Program-made: the position numbers and the translations under genes | Shown here: piece by piece, positions 13,253 through 25,744 of the stretch | How positions within the stretch are numbered: the first letter of the stretch is position 1 | Layout: each line of letters opens with the position of its first letter | NCBI GenBank assembly: GCA_054600435.1 | Contig: BAAIJX010000005.1 | Coordinates: forward strand, 1 to 64,000 | Origin: Neophaeotheca triangularis | Lineage: Eukaryota | Reading direction: 5' to 3' | DNA length: 64,000 nucleotides | The notes under the pieces: model-generated | Told to the model about the DNA's origin: nothing | The model's input: the letters and a program-made list of their open reading frames with translations, nothing else | The model's database searches: none

Positions 13253-15310
13253 ATGGCCTCGGCCATTTCCAAACGACAGCAGGCTCGCAACGAGCGCACT
13301 CTCCAGGACCTCATACGCAATGTCCCGGGCAATGATCGGTGCTGCGATTGCAGCGCGAAGAACCCAGGCTGGTCTTCATGGAATCTGGGCATCTTCCTCT
13401 GCATGCGATGCGCGGCGCTGCACCGCAAACTTGGGACGCATGTTTCCAAAGTCAAGAGCTTGAGTATGGATGCGTGGACTGGTGATCAGGTGGAAGTCAT
13501 GAAGAAAGTGGGAAACGTGATCAGTAATCGCGTCTTCAACCCCGCCAACGTTAAACCGAATCTCCCAATCGACCACGATGAGGTGGATGGCGCCATGGAG
13601 AAGTTCATACGGCAAAAGTACGAGCAAAAAACTCTGAGTGGTGGCCGCATGGGTGAGACTGCTCGGGCTCGAGATACGGCTACACGACAGAATACGGGCA
13701 GCACAGGCGAGGGCGAACCGCCGCCTCTTCCCCCTAAGCCTGGGAAGAAGTTCGGCTTCTCGTTGCGCTCCTCAAGCTCCGTCTTTCCCAGTCATTCGAG
13801 ACCGGACCGCATCACACCTCCCCTGAGCCCGAACTATACCGGCAGTGATCACTCGGCTGGCCCTCCGTCTCCCAAGGCGAGCAAGCCGAGTCAGGTGTTC
13901 GGCATGAAGATCCCAACCATCAATAATAACTTCGACACCAAGCTCGCCTCCTTACGAGACATGGGTTTTATTGATGCCAGGCAAAATTCAGATGTACTAA
14001 AGAGCACGGATGGCAACCTGGACAAGGCTGTAGAGGTATTAGCTCGTATGGGAGAAACAAGTAAGCCGGCGAGCCGGGCTTTGACGCCAGTGAGCATGGG
14101 AAGTACCGGAGTTAATGGACTTTCAGTAGAGAAGACGAGACAGGCAGAGCCAGCAGCGCTGCCCGGCAATCCGTGGGAGATTCGGGACAATGGTGCACAG
14201 CAAAGATCTGCCACGCTTCCAATACCACAACAGTACTCGAGTGCTGCGAGCAGTGGTCAAAGTCCTGCGCCGAACTTGAATAACTGGAACCCGTTTATGA
14301 GCCAGACGCAACCGCAAGCAGACCCGCAACAGCAGAATTTGGCAAGCAACTTCCAGAACTTGCAGGTCTCCAACAATGTGCAGATGCAGCCTCCGCAGAT
14401 TCAGCAACCCCAGGGTCAAGCATTCCCTTCCGGTTTTCAGCAGCAGCAGCAGCAGAGCAACCCCTTTATGAATACCCAAGGATCGTACGATAAATCGCCG
14501 TGGCAACAATCCCCCTCAGCAACTCCACAACCACCATCTCAGCAGCAAAGCAACCCCTTTCTGCGCAGTTCGCGATCGCAGACTTTTCAGGCTAGCAATC
14601 CCTGGGCACAGCAAGCTCAGCTCCAGCATCACGCCCAAACTCAACCGCAATTTCAATCGCAAGCTTCTAGTAATCCTTTCGGAAATTGGCAACAGCAGAG
14701 TATATTCCAGCAGCCCTCAACACAATCCCCTCAACCCATATACGGGCAGCAGACGGACTTTTGCTCGCCCGCGCAACCTCAGCAGCAGACCTACCATACA
14801 CAGCTTACTTCGCAGAATCCTTGGGCTCAGCAACAGCAAGGTTACCAAAACTTCGTGCCGCAGCCTCAGCAGCAACAGCAACCGCAAATGCAGCCGACAT
14901 CGTTCTCGCCCCAAGCCACAGGCGCACAACAGTCTCAATCTCCGCAACAACAACACCCCCCGTATCGGCAAGACAACTCCTCAATCCTCGCCCTCTACAA
15001 TCTTCCCAACATGGCACCTCCGCGTCCACTACAGAACATCGTAGAAGATCCATCCTCAACGCAACAGCAACACCAAAGCTCCATGTCGGCCCCTCCCTCC
15101 CCTCCCAAACCACGAAACTTCACTATGCCCACGGTCGGCAGTATGAATCCTTTTGCCCCGATGCAGAGCGCGACTGGCCGTAGTGCGAGCGGTGATGGAA
15201 GAGGTCACGCCAGTCACGATAGCACGGCTTTTAGAGGCATGCCAGGCGGCGACGACGGAAGGCACAGCCCCGACGCTTTCGCCGGGCTCAGTAGCCGATA
15301 TGCGAGATGA
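13253..15310 (+). CDS. GTS1: ArfGAP + UBA domain protein (Gts1/Ucp3-like)
   Basis: [48 protein letters not shown]rfGAP zinc finger, a UBA-like LRDMGF...[10 protein letters not shown], and a Q-rich tail with many NPF/NPW motifs. First ATG at 13253. Confidence 0.9.
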   Translation: MASAISKRQQARNERTLQDLIRNVPGNDRCCDCSAKNPGWSSWNLGIFLCMRCAALHRKLGTHVSKVKSLSMDAWTGDQVEVMKKVGNVISNRVFNPANVKPNLPIDHDEVDGAMEKFIRQKYEQKTLSGGRMGETARARDTATRQNTGSTGEGEPPPLPPKPGKKFGFSLRSSSSVFPSHSRPDRITPPLSPNYTGSDHSAGPPSPKASKPSQVFGMKIPTINNNFDTKLASLRDMGFIDARQNSDVLKSTDGNLDKAVEVLARMGETSKPASRALTPVSMGSTGVNGLSVEKTRQAEPAALPGNPWEIRDNGAQQRSATLPIPQQYSSAASSGQSPAPNLNNWNPFMSQTQPQADPQQQNLASNFQNLQVSNNVQMQPPQIQQPQGQAFPSGFQQQQQQSNPFMNTQGSYDKSPWQQSPSATPQPPSQQQSNPFLRSSRSQTFQASNPWAQQAQLQHHAQTQPQFQSQASSNPFGNWQQQSIFQQPSTQSPQPIYGQQTDFCSPAQPQQQTYHTQLTSQNPWAQQQQGYQNFVPQPQQQQQPQMQPTSFSPQATGAQQSQSPQQQHPPYRQDNSSILALYNLPNMAPPRPLQNIVEDPSSTQQQHQSSMSAPPSPPKPRNFTMPTVGSMNPFAPMQSATGRSASGDGRGHASHDSTAFRGMPGGDDGRHSPDAFAGLSSRYAR

Positions 15311-15905
15311 AGTGCGGATGCAGGTGTTTGGGTGATTCTTGATTGTACGATCTGATGTACGATACACTTTCAGATGGATTTGGCGGCGCATTTTTCTTCT
15401 TGGGGTTGATTCCCTTGTACGTATAGGATACCTTGGTGCGATATTCGATTCGTTGGTTTGGAACGCAGAGGAAAGACAGTTCAGCATGCAACGGCGGGCG
15501 CGCACTCTCTTAAGTCGTTAATCTGTTCACTCTCGTGACGACCTCTACGTGTATCTCTATTGTTTGCAAGTTCCAGTTCGCTGCCTGAGGCGCTTTCAAA
15601 AGATCAGCACTTCACTTCATCCTTCCGCGGCGTCTGTGCTTTTGACTTCTGACTACATTTACGTGAGGGGTTACCCAACCCAGTCATACAGCGTGATATG
15701 AAGAGATCGCTCTAGTCGCAGCTTTTCGGACTAAACCTTCGCCCGCCAGCGTCTTATAAACATTCATCTCGTTGCTACTCTCTCCTTCTCTCTTCGTCTC
15801 GCCATTACCGTGTAGTTGTCTGGTTGCCTACGAAACCGACAAATTAGCCAACTCGACGTCTCGTCATTGACCTCACAGCGTTAATCGAAGCACCAGCATT
15901 CCAAG

Positions 15906-17559
15906 ATGGCAGACCAAGAACCCTTCACCCTGATCGAAGAGTCCCCCCGGCCCGGCCGCCAGCGCCTCTTCGACGACGTCCTGAGCGCCGAAAGCGCCAA
16001 ATCCGCCGACCACGACCTCCAGTACGTCCAAAGCCTGCGCGCCATGAGCCCCGCATCCATCGTGACTGCGATCCCAGAGTACCACGCTCCGCTGCGCCTC
16101 TTCGCGGCCGCGGGACTCGCCACGTGCCAGCTCGATGCCGAAAGCGACTCGTTTTACAGCTGGCGCGGGTACGTGCCGCCTGCGGCTCGACAGGCCAAAG
16201 GCCGCGTCGGCGAGCAAGTGCATTTTGCAAAGTTTCGCTTCCACTGGGCTGGGGAGGCCTTTTTACTGTATCTGGTCACGGGGATGCAGTATATTCTGAA
16301 GGAGCCGCGGGACGGGGAGCCTGTCATTGGGCCTTCGCGGGTTACCGACGAGTTGGTCAGGGCGGTTGGTGACTGGGTTCTTGGCGAGAAGGAGATTGTT
16401 TGGGTTTACGACCTGTACTGGTCGCGGTCTAAGCAGCTTTACGATGAGGTTATGAAGGCGAGTTGGGAGAGGGTTATCTTGGATGAAGGCATGAAGAAGG
16501 ATCTCACTTCGGTGACCAAGAACTTTTTCGATTCGAAAGATGTTTACGACGATCTCGGGGTGCCGTGGAAACGCGGTCTACTGTTTCATGGACCGTAAGT
16601 TATTTACCGCGCTGGAATGGGCGAGAGTATAGACTAACAACTGCGACAGTCCGGGCAACGGCAAAACAATCTCAATCAAAGCCCTGATGCACACGCTCCT
16701 GGATCTCAAAGATCCCATCCCGGCCCTCTACGTCAAGAGCGCGCCACGGACCTTTGACATTCAACAAATCTTCGCGCGAGCACGACAGCTGGCCCCGTGC
16801 ATGCTGATCCTCGAAGACGTGGAAACGATCGTCACGCCCCAGACCCGCAGCTACTTTTTCAACGAAATGGACGGCCTGTCGAATAACTCGGGCGTCTTCG
16901 TCGTCGCTTCTACCAACTTTCTCGACCGCTTAGATCCGGGCCTGTCCAAGCGGCCTAGTCGTTTCGATCGCAAGTACCTCTTCCCCTTGCCCAACGAGCA
17001 CGAGCGAACGCTGTATTGTGAGTTTTGGAGGCAGAAACTGGAGGGGAAGAAGTCTGCGAGGGTCGATTTCCCGCAGAGTCTTTGTCCGGCTATGGCGCAT
17101 ATTACGGCGGGGTTCTCTTTTGCTTTTATGCAAGAGGCTTTTGTGGCGAGTTTGTTGGAGCTTGCGCGGAGGGAGGATGGGGATGGGGTTGAGCGGGTTG
17201 CGGTGGTCCGTAGGGATTTGAACGACTATGAGCTTTGGAGATTGTTCAAGCGGCAGGTGGAGGCTCTGCGGAAGGAAGTTGACGGCGAGGTGGGAGGGCT
17301 GCCTAGCATGGCGGTTGGAGGAGAGTGTGTTTGTGATGAGACTGGAGGTGAGTACGATGGCAGGCTTGGGATGGAGAGTCGCCGTTCTAGAGGTCGTCCC
17401 GGTCCCCTCTCTGGCCCAGTACGTCGCGAGTGGGACGACATGCTCACGGCTAGGATGGACGAGTTACAAATGGAGGACAAGGTGCTACCTGACCTGCCTT
17501 ACCCGCAAAAGGTGCACGAGGATATTAATTCAAGGGCAATAACCGCGTCGATTGGGTAG
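15906..17559 (+). CDS. AAA+ ATPase (BCS1-like fungal family)
   Basis: Intron 16595-16649 (GTAAGT...CTAAC...CAG) restores Walker A in GVPWKRGLLFHGPPGNGKT. Walker B MLILEDVE and SRH STNFLDRLDPGLSKRPSRFDR are present. Confidence 0.9.
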
Positions 17560-18595
17560 AAGCTTTCGGTAAATTTGTTGGACAGGGACCGCATAGGGCG
17601 AAGGAACGAGCGCAGTGGCCATGAACGAAGCCATTCACGATCCCTCTCTCAGCCAGTGCTTGGACTAATCCCACGCTCCATCACCCCCTCTCCATTAGAA
17701 CTGTCTTTGCCTATTCGCGCGTTGTTCTTAGCCATCCGCGACCAGCTTTTCCCAGCTCCATGCTGCCGGCACGCTCGCCTGCTTAGTGTACAAGTAGTAC
17801 AATCCGTCCTCAAGATTTCAAGACTTCCGTGACCATTTACGAGCTTGATTGAGGGGAGTCACTACGAACTTACCTACTAGTAAGTAGTACCTACATAGTA
17901 GGTAAGCTTGGAAGATGAGAACGATGCCGGGAGTGCGGCACGGGAGGAGTATCGGAGGAGAACCATGCCGCTTTACCGTTCGTTCCCTTGGATCACATAT
18001 ACTAGTCGTTTGTTATTGTTGCCTGGTGTTTGTAAGCGTCTCGCAACTATCGACCTCTATAGGCTGGGATGACTCTCGACCATTGATTGCTCCCTGAATT
18101 AACAAGTCAGGTACACACTAGGTATGTACTATGAGTATCACGGAGTATGTAGTCTTGAGGTACTAGCTAGATTAAATTGGTAGATCGGTAGGTAATAGTC
18201 GTCGCCCCCTCCGCGATGCACTAACGTTAGGTACTTATTAGTACTGTACCTAGCAACACGGTTCAAGCCATCTGCACATCCTCCAAGCTAAGCCCGTCGG
18301 CCGAAACGAACCGCATCCTCTACGAAGCTTGTCTCTGTGTGTCTGCCTTCCATGAATTGATTGATCGAATCACATTCCACCGTTAAGAGTCGCTTACGGC
18401 ATCCACGTCGGACTTTGGTCGTCGTTGAAGCCGACCGTTTCGATGATGCCTCCGGCCTTCAAGACTGGACTACTGCTTCGGAGCCCGAGTGTTTCGATTC
18501 CCTTTGCCATCCACCAAACGCCTCTCTTTTCTTTTCTTTTCGTCTTTCTTTGCTACCATCGCCCAAACTGGCGTACTAACGGATAGATTACCATC

Positions 18596-21500
18596 ATGTC
18601 TGCACAGGCCGGGGGCGTCCCCGAGCAACACTGGACCACCTCGAATCCCGTCCCAGACCCGAACTTGCCTCGAGACGATGAGCCCGTCGCCGAAGAGCCT
18701 GAGAAACGAGTTGCCACAGAGGCCGAATTGAATGAAGAGACAGTCTTCGACCGGGATGCAGTAGAGGCAAGGGAAGAAGCAGAGGCATCATCACAGGATG
18801 ACGAGAAGGCGGCTCCGAAGCCGCAAAGGACGGCTATGCAGAGGACACAGAGCAATTGGACGACGACCACAACGACGAGCAGTACATACGAACCCGAACC
18901 TCCGCCTCCACGGAAACGAACGTGGGGAGAGAAGATCAACCCGTTCAAGAGCAAACACCCTCCTCCAGTACCGGATAAGCGATACCCCTCCCGTGAATAC
19001 AAGGCCAACATTCTGAGCAAGGTCACGTTCCAATGGATGGCGCCTTTGATGTCCACCGGCTACCAGCGCACACTCGAGCTCAACGATATCTGGGAAGTTG
19101 CCGAGGATAGATCGGTGGAAGCACTTCAAGAACGGCTCAAGGCATCTTTCCAGAGACGGCGGCAGAAAGGGGAGAAGCGAATGCTGCTAGGTGCCCTGTA
19201 TGATACCAACAAGAGGGAGTTCTTGGTTGGTGGTGCTTGTCAGTTCGTTGGAGCATGCTTGCAAGTCTTCACGCCGTTTGTGATGAAGTACCTGATCCGA
19301 TTCGCGGCCCAGGCCTATTATGCGAATAATCCACAGCCAGGGACACCCGACGTTCCAGCACCTGATATCGGACACGGGATCGGACTTGTGCTTGGTATCA
19401 CGGCCATGCAAATTGTCCAGTCTCAATGTATAAATCAGTTTATTTACCGGGGTATGGTTGTTGGAGGACAGTCGCGGGCTGTACTGATCAGCGTGGTGTT
19501 CGAGAAAGCGATGAAGCTATCAGGTCGGGCCAAAGCAGGAGGCAGGTCACAGGAGGACCAGGCTCCCAAGGACCTACAACCCGGCAGCGAGAAAGAGAAG
19601 AGTTGGTTCAAGAAGAAGTTGGGCAAGGACAAGAAGCCAACGCAGGATGCTGCCAAGGGCGTGGCAGGTGACGGTCAGGGATGGGGTAATGGAAGAATCG
19701 TCAACTTGATGTCCGTCGATACCTATCGCGTCGATCAAGCCTGCGGTATGTTCCACATGGTGTGGACTTCGCCGGTGCAGGTGATCATCACTCTGATCTT
19801 GCTCTTGATCAACTTGGGCCCTAGCGCTCTCTCGGGGTTCGGTCTCATTTGCATCATGATGCCCCTTCTCGGTCGTGCCATTGGTAGCTTGATGAGACGG
19901 AGAAAAGACATCAACAAGATCACTGATCAGCGTGTCGGTCTCACGCAAGAGATCTTATCTGCCGTGCGATTCGTAAAATTCTTTGGTTGGGAAACTAGCT
20001 TTCTGGAGCGCCTCGAAGCGATACGAACCCGGGAGATCAACAAGATCGCCTTCCTATTGTCCATTCGAAACGGTATCATGGCTGTGGCGATGTCCATGCC
20101 CATTTTCGCCTCCATGCTGGCTTTCATCACTTACGCTCTGACGAACGGAGGACTTGCTAGTGCAGCGAACATCTTCTCTTCTCTGGCCCTGTTCAACGCT
20201 TTGCGTATTCCGCTTAATCTGCTGCCGCTGGTCATTGGCCAAGTCGTTGATGCAAACGCATCGCTCGGCCGCGTCCAGGACTTTTTGCTTGCAGAGGAAA
20301 GACAGGAGGAGGCAACTCTGGATCCTGATGGCAAGAACGCTGTCGACATTCACCATGCAGATTTCACCTGGGAGCGATCACCTACGCAGGATCCCGATCA
20401 AGTGCCCGGCAAGAACCCGAAGAGCGCAAAGCAGATAAAGGAAGAGAAGAAGGAAGACAAGCGCAAAAATAAGCAGGCTGAGAAGGAGAAGATTGCTAGC
20501 GAACCCGGGAGCGCAAGCAGCAGCACTCTGGCTGACGAGGAGCAGAACATTTTCCAAATCAAGGATATTGATCTCTCGATTGGACGAAACGAGCTGGTGG
20601 CGGTCATTGGCTCGGTTGGTTCTGGCAAAAGTTCATTATTGGCGGCGCTGGCTGGTGACATGCGTCGGAGCAACGGCACTATGACATTGGGTGCTTCTCG
20701 AGCATTCTGTCCCCAGTACGCATGGATCCAGAACGCAACCTTCAAGGACAACATCGTCTTTGGCAAGGAGTACAACAATCGGTGGTACGATCAGGTCATC
20801 GATGCTTGTGCTTTACGACCTGATATCGACATGCTCCCGAGTGGCGACCTGACAGAGATTGGTGAGCGCGGCATCACTGTTTCTGGCGGCCAGAAGCAAC
20901 GCTTGAACATTGCCAGAGCCATCTACTTCAACTCTGATCTCATCCTCATGGACGACCCTCTTTCAGCTGTCGACGCTCACGTTGGCAAGCACATTATGGA
21001 TCAGGCGATTTGCGGTCTCTTGCAAAACAAGGCAAGAGTGCTAGCTACACACCAGCTTCACGTCCTGAACCGTGCCGATCGCATCGTTTGGATGAAGGAG
21101 GGTGGTATCCACAAGGTCGCTACCTTTACAGATCTCTACGCTAACGACCCCGAGTTCCAAAAACTGATGGCGACTACTGCTGTAGCAGAAAAGCCCGAGG
21201 AGAAAGAGGAGCCCAACGAAGATGAGGTCGAGGAAGAGAAGAAGGAGGTGACGAAGAAGAAGAAGGGCAAGAAGCCTGCGGCCGCGCTGATGCAGCAGGA
21301 AGAGCGCGCTACCAGCAGCGTCGGTGGTGCAGTCTATTGGGCCTACATCAAAGCCTCGGGGTCTATCTGGATTGCGCCACTCGTGTTTATATTACTCGCC
21401 ATCTCGCAGGCGGCCAATATCGTCACCAGTCTGTGGTTGTCGTGGTGGACCAGCGACGAATACGGCTTCCCAATCGGCGCGTACATTGGCACCTACGCCG

Positions 21501-23203
21501 GATTGGGTGTGGTGCAAGCTCTCCTGCAATTCGCCTTCTCGGTTGCCTTGACAGTCTATGGAACCAAGGCCAGTAAAGTCATGCTACACAGAGCCATCAC
21601 TCGCTGCTTGCGGGCGCCCATGTCTTTCTTCGATACCACACCACTCGGTCGGATCACCAATCGTTTTTCCAAGGATGTCGACACAATGGACAATACTCTC
21701 ACCGACTCCATGCGCATGTTCTTCTTGACAATGGCTATGATTCTCTCCGTCTTCGGTTTGATTATCGCTTACTATTACTACTTTGCCGTTGCGCTCGGTC
21801 CGCTTTTCCTGGTGTTCTTGTTCTCCGCCAGTTACTACCGCGCCTCTGCGCGAGAGGTCAAACGCCATGAATCGGTTCTGCGTAGTGTTGTTTTCTCGCG
21901 CTTCAGCGAGGCCATCAACGGCACTCCTACCATTCGAGCGTATGGATTGGAGACTCAGTTTTCCAACTCGATCAACCAAGCTGTGAACTCCATGGACGGC
22001 GCTTACTTCCTGACCTTTGCCAACCAGCGTTGGCTAGCGGTGCGTCTTGACTTTGTTGGTATTGGACTGGTCTTTACCGTCGGTATCCTGGTGGTCACTT
22101 CACGTTTCGCCGTTGATCCCTCCATCGGCGGTCTTGTGTTGTCCTATATCTTGTCCATTGTGCAGATGATTCAGTTCACAGTAAGGCAGCTTGCGGAGGT
22201 CGAAAACAACATGAACTCCACCGAGCGCATCCACTACTACGGCACAGAGCTGGAAGAAGAGGCAGCCCTCCATACCCGCGACGTGCCACCTCAATGGCCC
22301 CAGCACGGCGAGATCGAATTCGACAACGTCCAGATGCGTTACCGTGCAGGTCTACCACTAGTCCTACAAGGCCTAACCATGCACGTCAAAGCGGGCGAAC
22401 GCATCGGTGTCGTCGGCCGCACAGGCGCCGGCAAGTCCTCTATCATGTCCACGCTCTTCCGACTTTCTGAGCTATCGGGCGGCAGCATCAAAATCGACGG
22501 CATTGACATCGCTAGCATCGGGCTCGCGGACCTCCGCTCCCGCCTAGCAATCATCCCGCAAGACCCAACCCTCTTCAAAGGCTCCATCCGCTCCAACCTC
22601 GACCCCTTCAACGAACACTCGGACCTCGACCTCTTCAACGCCCTCCGCCAAGCCGACCTCATCGACGAGCACCAGAAGATCGAAGACGAAAATGGCCGCA
22701 TCCACTTGGACACAGTCGTCGAAGACGAAGGTCTCAACTTCTCTCTCGGCCAGCGCCAACTCCTCGCCCTGGCCAGAGCGCTGGTACGCAACTCGCAAAT
22801 CATCGTATGCGACGAAGCGACCTCGTCGGTGGATTTCGAAACCGACCAGAAGATTCAAAAGACAATCGTGCGCGGTTTCGCCGGACGCACGCTGCTGTGC
22901 ATCGCCCATCGTCTGAAGACCATCATCGGGTACGTTTGTTGCCTTCCCATCCCCCCTACTAAAAGTAACCGCAGTTTTGCTAACACGATCCCTCACAGCT
23001 ACGACCGCATCCTCGTCATGGACGCCGGCAACGTCGCCGAGTTGGACTCGCCCATCAACCTCTACGACCAGGGCGGCATTTTTCGAGGCATGTGCGACCG
23101 CAGCGGTATCCGACGAGACGACTTTTTCAACAGCGACGAGGCGAGGTTTGATGAGGCGAGTCCCACGTTGGAGAGGAAGGAAAGTCGGCAGCTGGGCAAT
23201 TGA
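18596..23203 (+). CDS. YOR1: ABCC/MRP-type ABC transporter, YOR1-like
   Basis: TMD-NBD-TMD-NBD layout with GSVGSGKS, VSGGQKQR, LMDDPLSAVD, GRTGAGKS, FSLGQRQ, CDEATS and IAHRL. Probable in-frame intron 22930-22998 (GTACGT...CTAAC...CAG). Confidence 0.93.
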   Translation: MSAQAGGVPEQHWTTSNPVPDPNLPRDDEPVAEEPEKRVATEAELNEETVFDRDAVEAREEAEASSQDDEKAAPKPQRTAMQRTQSNWTTTTTTSSTYEPEPPPPRKRTWGEKINPFKSKHPPPVPDKRYPSREYKANILSKVTFQWMAPLMSTGYQRTLELNDIWEVAEDRSVEALQERLKASFQRRRQKGEKRMLLGALYDTNKREFLVGGACQFVGACLQVFTPFVMKYLIRFAAQAYYANNPQPGTPDVPAPDIGHGIGLVLGITAMQIVQSQCINQFIYRGMVVGGQSRAVLISVVFEKAMKLSGRAKAGGRSQEDQAPKDLQPGSEKEKSWFKKKLGKDKKPTQDAAKGVAGDGQGWGNGRIVNLMSVDTYRVDQACGMFHMVWTSPVQVIITLILLLINLGPSALSGFGLICIMMPLLGRAIGSLMRRRKDINKITDQRVGLTQEILSAVRFVKFFGWETSFLERLEAIRTREINKIAFLLSIRNGIMAVAMSMPIFASMLAFITYALTNGGLASAANIFSSLALFNALRIPLNLLPLVIGQVVDANASLGRVQDFLLAEERQEEATLDPDGKNAVDIHHADFTWERSPTQDPDQVPGKNPKSAKQIKEEKKEDKRKNKQAEKEKIASEPGSASSSTLADEEQNIFQIKDIDLSIGRNELVAVIGSVGSGKSSLLAALAGDMRRSNGTMTLGASRAFCPQYAWIQNATFKDNIVFGKEYNNRWYDQVIDACALRPDIDMLPSGDLTEIGERGITVSGGQKQRLNIARAIYFNSDLILMDDPLSAVDAHVGKHIMDQAICGLLQNKARVLATHQLHVLNRADRIVWMKEGGIHKVATFTDLYANDPEFQKLMATTAVAEKPEEKEEPNEDEVEEEKKEVTKKKKGKKPAAALMQQEERATSSVGGAVYWAYIKASGSIWIAPLVFILLAISQAANIVTSLWLSWWTSDEYGFPIGAYIGTYAGLGVVQALLQFAFSVALTVYGTKASKVMLHRAITRCLRAPMSFFDTTPLGRITNRFSKDVDTMDNTLTDSMRMFFLTMAMILSVFGLIIAYYYYFAVALGPLFLVFLFSASYYRASAREVKRHESVLRSVVFSRFSEAINGTPTIRAYGLETQFSNSINQAVNSMDGAYFLTFANQRWLAVRLDFVGIGLVFTVGILVVTSRFAVDPSIGGLVLSYILSIVQMIQFTVRQLAEVENNMNSTERIHYYGTELEEEAALHTRDVPPQWPQHGEIEFDNVQMRYRAGLPLVLQGLTMHVKAGERIGVVGRTGAGKSSIMSTLFRLSELSGGSIKIDGIDIASIGLADLRSRLAIIPQDPTLFKGSIRSNLDPFNEHSDLDLFNALRQADLIDEHQKIEDENGRIHLDTVVEDEGLNFSLGQRQLLALARALVRNSQIIVCDEATSSVDFETDQKIQKTIVRGFAGRTLLCIAHRLKTIIGYVCCLPIPPTKSNRSFANTIPHSYDRILVMDAGNVAELDSPINLYDQGGIFRGMCDRSGIRRDDFFNSDEARFDEASPTLERKESRQLGN

Positions 23204-24215
23204 TGTTTGCTTCCCAGCGGTTATTGAAGGGTTTTATGATGTGATGTGATGATGATTTTGAGTTGGGTTGGGTTGGACAAGGAAAGGGGTTTTATTCATG
23301 GCTTCTTGGATACCTTGGGTTTGGCACGTTGTAAATATGGGTGAGCAAAAATTGCACAGGCTTGACAGGGTCATCGGAGCCATAGGGCATTTGTTGCGTC
23401 GAGGCGTGTTTTGGTCGGGAGCTTATAGAAGGCATCTAACTTGGATCAGATGACTTTTCGTCTCGTTTGCAGTGTCGTTCCCGTCTACACCCCGTTCCGC
23501 GATCCCCAACACGCCGTCAAAAGATTGTGGAACGATACTTGGCGGACTTGCACGTGAGACATTGGGCCGACCTTGGTGACTCTCAATTGAGTCCGGTCTC
23601 GATTCCCGCCACCGGTTGACCGGGTCTGGAATGTTTTTTAGTAAGAAGAGTAGATGTACCGGGTCCCTCACTCACGGAGCACGATGCTGCTGGGCTTTTT
23701 CTCTCAGGATTGCCCCGGTCTACAAGATCGTGCGAGCGGTACTAGCCATGTTCGACGGCAAGTTCTGAGGCAGAGACGTTGCACCTGCTGGAGGGATGGA
23801 AGTCCGGGCCAGCCTGGCATTTATCACATGGCATCGAAAGTCATGGCACCATGCCTATGAATACCGCAACGTCCCCTACAGGCATTGTCGCTGGTACCCA
23901 TTGAAAGACGTGTTTGGGGGTGAATAGATAGATATCAGGTCAATCTCGCTATCTTGAAGAAAGACTCGTGTTAGCTTTCTGTTCGTTAACCATCGTACAC
24001 TCAAACTCTCACCCTAACACAAATCGAATAGAAAGTGTATATGGCATCTTCACTCGTTCCATTTCAAGGCGATATCCAGCAAAGCGTCGAGGCAGCGCGT
24101 ATGACATCCATCTACAAGGCGGCCTCAATCTTCCCATATCATTACAATCTCAAAGCGCATGCACCACTCTCAACACCCAGTATCTCTCCGACCCCCACCA
24201 ACCCCATCCATCCTC

Positions 24216-24958
24216 CTACTGCTTCTTTTTCCCCATCCCACTAGCGCTCTTTCCCTCCTCCTTCGCCTTCTTCTTCTCATCGCGAATCCGATCCATCTCA
24301 GCAATCTCCTGCGCCTCCTTCCTCTGCGCATACCACTGCCCGGCCTGCAAAACCAGCACACCGCAAAGCACCACGACCAAAATCGTATTACTCGCGCTCA
24401 TAACCCTCAACGTATCCTCACGGGAAATATACCTCCCACCGTCCTCGGGGTCCGCCTTGCCCTCCATCCCCGTCGCCGGCGCGCCCCAGGCTTCCGCCGT
24501 AATAGTCCGCAAACCCTTGACAACATTAGCCACGTAGACGACGATGCCGCACATGTACAGCACGAGCGAGGCGCCGTCGAAGAGCACGTTGGCCTCGGAG
24601 GGTTTGAAGAGTTTCATCAGGAATCCCAGGATTCCCGTGCCGATTACTATGTGTAGGATTCGGGCGATGAGCGGGGGAGAGGCGTGCAGGACTTTGAGGT
24701 GCGATTCTTGGAGGTCGAAGTAGGGGGCGCGCGGGTCTGTGCCGGCTGCGGCGTCGGGGAGGAGCGAGGGGCTGGTCCAGAGGACTGGGTAGTCGTAGGG
24801 GAAAAGGGCGAAGATGATGCCGAGGAAGAAGCAGGTTGCTGTGGGTTGTGGGTTAGCCCTGGAGGGACCGGAGGTGGAATGGAGTTGGGTGACTTACGCC
24901 CGACGATGAGGAATGTCGCAAAGGGCGCGCTCCGGCCGTTGTTCGTTTGCGCAGGCAT
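24216..24958 (-). CDS. SHR3: ER membrane chaperone for amino-acid permeases (Shr3/SH3 family)
   Basis: Exons 24958-24898 and 24838-24216 (intron GTAAGT...CTAAC...CAG). Spliced FATFLIVGPTCFFLGIIFALFPYDYPVLWT, KLFKPSEANVLFDGASLVLY, SASNTILVVVLCGVLVLQAGQWYA, and a K-rich tail. Confidence 0.9.
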
Positions 24959-25744
24959 GTTGAGCGTTGTCTGTCCTGGTAAGTGACCTGGTCGTCTTGC
25001 TGGGTCTCCGGGAAGAGTCGATGCGGTGAATTGGGGCTTCGACTCTTGTTTTATACCATTGAGCAAGTACAGCAGCAAAGACGGAAGAAGTGCAGACGAG
25101 CGCGAAACGAAGGAAAAGGAAGGTAGCTTTATTATGATGAGCTCCAGGTCTGGTCCCTGGAGAGGGGCTTGGCCAATGCTCGGAAAGATAAGCCGCTTTA
25201 AGCGACGTGGAAGAACCTTGGGCGTTCAAGTCTCGACTCCTGAGCAAGAGTATGTCACTCACAAAAACTCATATAGAATAACACGTTTTCATCGACAGCC
25301 TCTTCAGTATCAGCGAGACAATAGACATGCAAGCACATCTTTTGATTGTGGGTGAGTAGTTACAGCGTTATGACCACCTCTTCAAGGCAATCTTAGACCG
25401 AACGACTACATTCTCGCTCTCCCCTAAAACACCTCACCCCGAGCGCTGAGCCTTGCGGCAATGCGACACATTCCTCTCGCTTGGAAAACCTCCATGAAAC
25501 ATCATCTCATAGCAAGTCAGTATACGTGAGCAGCCGAAGGTAAGAAGTATCGGTGTCTCACCCAGCTCGAGCTAGCTCCACGCTCACGTCCAGCAGACGC
25601 AAGGCATCATAGCGAGTGCCATTGCCATGCAATACCTGCAAAAGTTGAGCCCAGGATAGTTCCGTCTAGATCCAGGGCCGGGTGGGTCCTCCGAAGATGT
25701 TAGCAAGGGCTTGGGTTATAGATCTCGTCGTTTCCCCCATAGTA

